This document shows, in pieces, positions 59,600 through 64,000 of a DNA stretch of 64,000 nt. The notes beneath the pieces were generated by a model. That model did no database searches, was not told the origin of the DNA, and saw only the letters and a list, made by a program, of their open reading frames with translations. The stretch covers positions 2,502-66,501 of the forward strand of contig DAZU01000067.1 of the NCBI GenBank assembly GCA_002507425.1, given 5' to 3'. Origin of the DNA: Euryarchaeota archaeon UBA53 (GTDB taxonomy: Archaea; Thermoplasmatota; Poseidoniia; Poseidoniales; Poseidoniaceae). Position 1 is the first letter of the stretch; each line of letters opens with the position of its first letter. Both the position numbers and the translations under genes were made by a program.

Positions 59600-61522
59600 A
59601 TATTTGACAGAAATGAGTTTTTGGAAGAGTTTTCTCACTTAGAAATTCCAATAGTTCATTCACTAGTAGTTCGGTTTTTTACAGAATCAAACAATATATC
59701 TGATTCAAATTTCTCAAAAAATGAATTCTTGAAAGGGATAATTGAAAAAACAACGAATCAATTTGAATCTATGTGTTCTCCTGGTATTGAATTTTCATTT
59801 CCTGATATTGGGAATAATATGCAGATAGAGGATGTGGAAGCAATTTTTGAATCACTTATCGATTCAGACAGGAAAAAAAAGCAAGGTGTTGTATACACTC
59901 CGGACTACATAATTGACTACCTAATATCTGAATCGTTGAATATGAGCACTAAGCACCCAAAAGATTTGACTATCTGTGACCCAGCATGCGGAAGTGGGGG
60001 TTTCTTGGTAGGAGCCTGCGGTATCTTACTTAAGCAAGGTATAGATGTCAAACATTTTATTGACAATCAAATAATCGGTTTTGACATAAGTGAAGAATCG
60101 GTTGAATTTGCTAAATCTCATGTGTTACTCTACCTTTTGAATCGTGGGTATGATGTTTCGGATATTGAACCGCAAATATTTGCCATGGACACGCTCTTAG
60201 AAAATCCTGAACAACTTTGGGAGAGGATTGGAAATGAGGAAGGCTTCGATATTGTTGCTACAAACCCTCCATATGTCAAATTGCAAAATTTGTCCACAGT
60301 TTACCGAGAGGAGCTCCGACACAAATACAAAGACTTCACAACTGGAAATTACAGTCTTGCAATGCTATATTTTGTAGCATGCCACAGAATGATAAACCCC
60401 TTAGGAGTTACCGCTTTCATTACACAGAACAACGTATTTACTTCTAATTCAGCAACAAAAATTAGGCAATATGCAAAGGAAACAAAGTGTATCAGAAGAG
60501 TGGTAAATTTCTCGCACCACCTAATTTTTGATGGTATTCTTGCCTACACATGTTTGATTTTCCAAGATAATGACTTGTTAAAGAACACGTTCGAATTCAA
60601 AGATATGTACAAGGGTATCAATACTAGCTCCTTGCCTTTTGTCGGTTTTTCAGATATACCATATTCTAGCCTTGGTTCAAAAAAATGGAGGTTAGCCGAA
60701 AATCCACACAGATTGAATATTTCTAAAATCGAAAATACAGGTGTGTGCCTTGGAGAATTATGTGAAATCAAGGTCGGATTCGCGACATTGAGAGACAAAG
60801 TATTCCAATCTAAAATGAAAAGAGGAAAATGGTTTGCAAAGACGCTTAACGGGGAAGATGTTGAGATCGAAAGTAATTTGATAAAATCAGCCATCAAGAT
60901 TTCAGAAATTACTGATGACCTAGACTTGTCGGAAAACAAGAGAGGGATAATTTTCCCTTACAAACAGGTTGATGGGTTTTACAAATTGATTAATGAAGAT
61001 GAAATAAAATCAAAATCGCCAAGAACTTTCAAACATTTATTTGCCTGCAAAACAGAACTTGCCAAAAGAGATGCAGGGAATCGAGCGAAACAAGAGAAGT
61101 ATGGGGCTTGGTATGCTTGGGGTCGAAAACAAGGTATCTACTCTAAAGGTCCAAAATTGCTCACAAAGACATTCGATAAGAAACCCAATTTTAGAATAGA
61201 TCCCTCTGATAGTTTATTTTCAAACGGTTATGCAATCATGCCTCAAAAGCCAATTAAAAGTGGTGTTGAGATTCCTTTAATCACCTTGCAAAGAATACTC
61301 AATAGTAGGTTTATGCATTACTATGCCAAACTAACATCATTCCAGATTAGCGGGGATTATCAGTGTTATCAAAAGAATTTTATTGAATCTTTTGGAATTC
61401 CTGTTTTAGATATTAAGGACTACAAATTTATCGAGACATGCACAGATACTGAACTGGAACATCTTTTATCAAAGTCATATGATATTTCATTAAAGCATAT
61501 CGATGAATACTTTGAGTATTAG
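59600..61522 (+). CDS. Amino-DNA methyltransferase, gamma class (TaqI/Eco57I-like, probably m6A) with C-terminal target-recognition domain
   Basis: GVVYTP, DPACGSGGFL, ATNPPYV in gamma order; ILNS...Y TaqI_C-like end. Start is ATA 59600 (after GGTGA) or TTG 59621. Confidence 0.9.
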   Translation: MFDRNEFLEEFSHLEIPIVHSLVVRFFTESNNISDSNFSKNEFLKGIIEKTTNQFESMCSPGIEFSFPDIGNNMQIEDVEAIFESLIDSDRKKKQGVVYTPDYIIDYLISESLNMSTKHPKDLTICDPACGSGGFLVGACGILLKQGIDVKHFIDNQIIGFDISEESVEFAKSHVLLYLLNRGYDVSDIEPQIFAMDTLLENPEQLWERIGNEEGFDIVATNPPYVKLQNLSTVYREELRHKYKDFTTGNYSLAMLYFVACHRMINPLGVTAFITQNNVFTSNSATKIRQYAKETKCIRRVVNFSHHLIFDGILAYTCLIFQDNDLLKNTFEFKDMYKGINTSSLPFVGFSDIPYSSLGSKKWRLAENPHRLNISKIENTGVCLGELCEIKVGFATLRDKVFQSKMKRGKWFAKTLNGEDVEIESNLIKSAIKISEITDDLDLSENKRGIIFPYKQVDGFYKLINEDEIKSKSPRTFKHLFACKTELAKRDAGNRAKQEKYGAWYAWGRKQGIYSKGPKLLTKTFDKKPNFRIDPSDSLFSNGYAIMPQKPIKSGVEIPLITLQRILNSRFMHYYAKLTSFQISGDYQCYQKNFIESFGIPVLDIKDYKFIETCTDTELEHLLSKSYDISLKHIDEYFEY

Positions 61523-61586
61523 TAGTAACGCTTGTAATCTTGCGTGTATGGAAACTATTCATTATCAATTAATTTTTGGGGAGTGT

Positions 61587-63278
61587 ATGGCTGAATTCAT
61601 AAGGTTCGACTTCCCTATACCTAACGATGAAAAAGTCCATAAAATTTGGAACGAAATATCTACGCTAAGGCATGATGTTTACGCAGAAGAGTTACAGCAA
61701 TATTATACAAATGACGAAGGTAAGCTAGAAGATCCAGGGAAACATTTTGTAGTATGTTTAGAGGATGACGAGTTCGTAGGTTACGTTAGCTTGAATCCTC
61801 CAAATAAACAACCATTCAGGTTAACAAAGTATTTTTCGACAGAAATGTTGCACAAAACGGTTTTTGCATCATGCTATGATTTAGAGTCGACATTTGAGGT
61901 AAGAGGGCTTACCGTTTCACAAAAATATCGAGGTCAGAATTATTCAACAAGTTTAATGCGCCATGCTTTGGAATTTGTTGTGGAGCATGGCGGCACCGAC
62001 ATAGTCGCTATGGGACATTCAGACGTAACAAATATGTATGCGAGAAACGGAATGAAAATCTTCGAGGAAATTGGTGTCAAACATGGTAAGATTGTGTATT
62101 ACCCAATGCATTTGAATGTCAGTAAAACATTGACACAGTTTGCTGCCAAAATTCAAGAAAACAAAGACATTGAAACCAGCGACGATACATGCTATCACGG
62201 AGGTCAGTCATGGGATACTTCTGGCTTTGATTTTAATATTCGTGATTCCTTGATAGTTGCTGATGTTTTGGACAGTCCATTTCCACCGTGCCCCGAAGCC
62301 CTGCAAGTAATCAGGTCCCAACTTGCAAGATGTTGTCAGGAATCACCTCCTACACAGTGTGAAGAATTAATAGAAACAATAGCCGAAATTAGAGATATTC
62401 CTAGCAGAAATGTAGCAGTTTCTTCAGGATCTTCATCACTAATGTTTACTCTACTTCCTCAGTTACTAAATAGGAATTCCAGTGTGATGATACTATCACC
62501 AATGTATGGTGAATATAGCCATATACTTCACCATGTAATAGGATGTAGTGTCACGTATTTTGTTCTTGAGGATGACAATGGATTCAAGATAAATCCTCAA
62601 GACTTGATATCACAAGCGATTGAGCATGACGCGGTTATTTTTGTGAACCCCAATAGCCCAACAGGCGTATATTGTGAAGAAATGTCAGATATTGTGCAAA
62701 AAATTGCGAAATCAAAAAATTCAAAATCAAATTGTAAGATGATATGGGTTGATGAGACCTACATCAACTATCTTCCAAATGCAGAATCTCTTGAGCGATT
62801 GTGCTCATCAGTTCCAGAATTAATAATTTGTAAAAGTATGAGTAAGTGTTACGCATTATCTGGACTCAGGGTCGCATATGCTGTTACTAAAGAAATGCCA
62901 AAACTCAAGAAATTCATTCCTCCTTGGGCTGTTAGTCTGCCCGGGCAACTTGCAGCAGTCGCAGCTTTACGCAATGAACCATATTATCTGAATCAGTATG
63001 AAATAATTCACGAAGAGCGGGAAAAAATGCACACTTCACTTGAATCACTCGGTTTTAGAGTATTTACAGGAGTTGCAAATTATCTTCTAACCTATCTTCC
63101 TGAAAAATCTGGTTTTTCATCTTCTCAATTTATTGAAACTTGTAAATCACATGGACTATTTGTTAGAGACGCACAAAACATGGGTCTTGAATTACCAAGT
63201 AATGCTGTAAGGTTTGCAGTTAGATCTCCAATAGAAAATAAGGCTATGTTAGAAATCATCGGCTCTATAATAAGTTAA
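61587..63278 (+). CDS. GNAT acyltransferase fused to a HisC/CobD-type PLP enzyme
   Basis: N-terminal LRHDVYAEEL, EVRGLTV..KYRG (GNAT motif A); C-terminal HGG, VNPNSPTG, VDETY, KSMSKCYALSGLRVAY (PLP Lys); ATG at 61587 after GGGGAG. Confidence 0.85.
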   Translation: MAEFIRFDFPIPNDEKVHKIWNEISTLRHDVYAEELQQYYTNDEGKLEDPGKHFVVCLEDDEFVGYVSLNPPNKQPFRLTKYFSTEMLHKTVFASCYDLESTFEVRGLTVSQKYRGQNYSTSLMRHALEFVVEHGGTDIVAMGHSDVTNMYARNGMKIFEEIGVKHGKIVYYPMHLNVSKTLTQFAAKIQENKDIETSDDTCYHGGQSWDTSGFDFNIRDSLIVADVLDSPFPPCPEALQVIRSQLARCCQESPPTQCEELIETIAEIRDIPSRNVAVSSGSSSLMFTLLPQLLNRNSSVMILSPMYGEYSHILHHVIGCSVTYFVLEDDNGFKINPQDLISQAIEHDAVIFVNPNSPTGVYCEEMSDIVQKIAKSKNSKSNCKMIWVDETYINYLPNAESLERLCSSVPELIICKSMSKCYALSGLRVAYAVTKEMPKLKKFIPPWAVSLPGQLAAVAALRNEPYYLNQYEIIHEEREKMHTSLESLGFRVFTGVANYLLTYLPEKSGFSSSQFIETCKSHGLFVRDAQNMGLELPSNAVRFAVRSPIENKAMLEIIGSIIS

Positions 63279-63315
63279 CTTAAACGGTAACCATTGGCTT
63301 ATCCTAGAACTAATT

Positions 63316-64000
63316 TTACACATCGTTTGATTGATAGTTCAACTCCAAATGAGTAATTCTGCTTTCATTCAATCCTAATGTTCTTGCTTGTATTTGGAGC
63401 ATTTTTCTCTCCTCTTGAGTGATGATACCATCTTCCATTGCAATAGCAAATACTTCGAGATAAGTCTGCTCTGACTTGGTATGCGACTCAGGCATAATCG
63501 AAAAGGAAATTTTTGAGAATGTGGCAAAAATAGGTTTCCGGAGGAAAAGAATGGTCATTCCTATCAAAACGCCTCCTATCCATCCCATGCCTGCAATACT
63601 TTCCATTAATTCAGTTGCAATCAAAAAAGCAACTGTTCCAAGACCTGCGAAAAGTGCTCCTGAAAACGTCTTTCGCAATCGTTCGTCAATTCCAAGTACT
63701 TCGTGCTTCATGACTGCATAGGTGAATACAATACCCTCAAACAATCCTGCAAGAACCATACCTCCGATAATAAATGGAGTAGTAAATCCAGTGAGAACGG
63801 CCCATATTGGAACTTCTCCTTCGTTGACAAACTTATCGACATCAAACAAATCAGGATTGAACCAACTCAATTCAGGGCCTGTGACTGGGGAGAGGACGAA
63901 GAAAATAATCAAACACATTAAAGAAAGGGATTGGAAAATTGTTTTGCCAATAAAGCCAAGCCGAACTGCGCGAATCTCGTTTCGTTCTGATTCAGAACCT
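63316..64000 (-). CDS. Multi-pass membrane protein with C-terminal TerB-like motif (5' partial)
   Basis: The frame is open to the window edge; several TM helices, then AMEDGIITQEERKML...LGL. Confidence 0.65.
   Translation of the reverse strand, partial: GSESERNEIRAVRLGFIGKTIFQSLSLMCLIIFFVLSPVTGPELSWFNPDLFDVDKFVNEGEVPIWAVLTGFTTPFIIGGMVLAGLFEGIVFTYAVMKHEVLGIDERLRKTFSGALFAGLGTVAFLIATELMESIAGMGWIGGVLIGMTILFLRKPIFATFSKISFSIMPESHTKSEQTYLEVFAIAMEDGIITQEERKMLQIQARTLGLNESRITHLELNYQSNDV

Noticed and set aside
1-64000. CRISPR array, rRNA, IS elements, prophage
   Set aside because: No regularly spaced DNA repeats, rRNA-like stretches, transposases or viral hallmark genes; nearly all the sequence is explained by CDSs.

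Overview
Dense, almost gap-free archaeal core-genome segment. Gene content and style point to Marine Group II Euryarchaeota (Poseidoniales, Thermoplasmatota); this is inferred, not searched. In order it contains: a MoxR/DUF58 cluster; an archaeal-type shikimate cluster (aroA', aroB', GHMP aroK, aroC) with aspartate kinase; a LolD/FtsX-type ABC exporter; purP; tryptophan 2,3-dioxygenase; rpoK; heme A and heme O synthases; tRNA-Ser(GCT); a large surface protein; a pilin-like lamin-tail protein followed by three KaiC/RAD55-family genes; a complete A1Ao ATP synthase operon (H-I-K-E-C-F-A-B-D); panE; nadB; smc-scpA-scpB; HMG-CoA reductase; a degenerate AAA+/winged-helix gene; aIF2-gamma; S6e; cdc6/orc1; dph2; a GcvH-like gene; and acyl-CoA dehydrogenase. 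An accessory-looking right end holds a TSP3-repeat serine hydrolase, a solitary amino-DNA methyltransferase and a GNAT-PLP fusion. The best candidates for something undescribed are: (1) the catalytically degenerate AAA+/wHTH gene with tandem palindromes upstream, lying between smc-scpAB and cdc6; (2) the pilin-LTD gene plus one active and two dead KaiC-like ATPases; (3) the GNAT-CobD/HisC fusion; (4) apparent ATA start codons; (5) several pseudo-enzymes (site-2 protease, GcvH). No CRISPR array, rRNA, transposase or integrase was seen. All calls come from motif recognition by eye, with no database searches.
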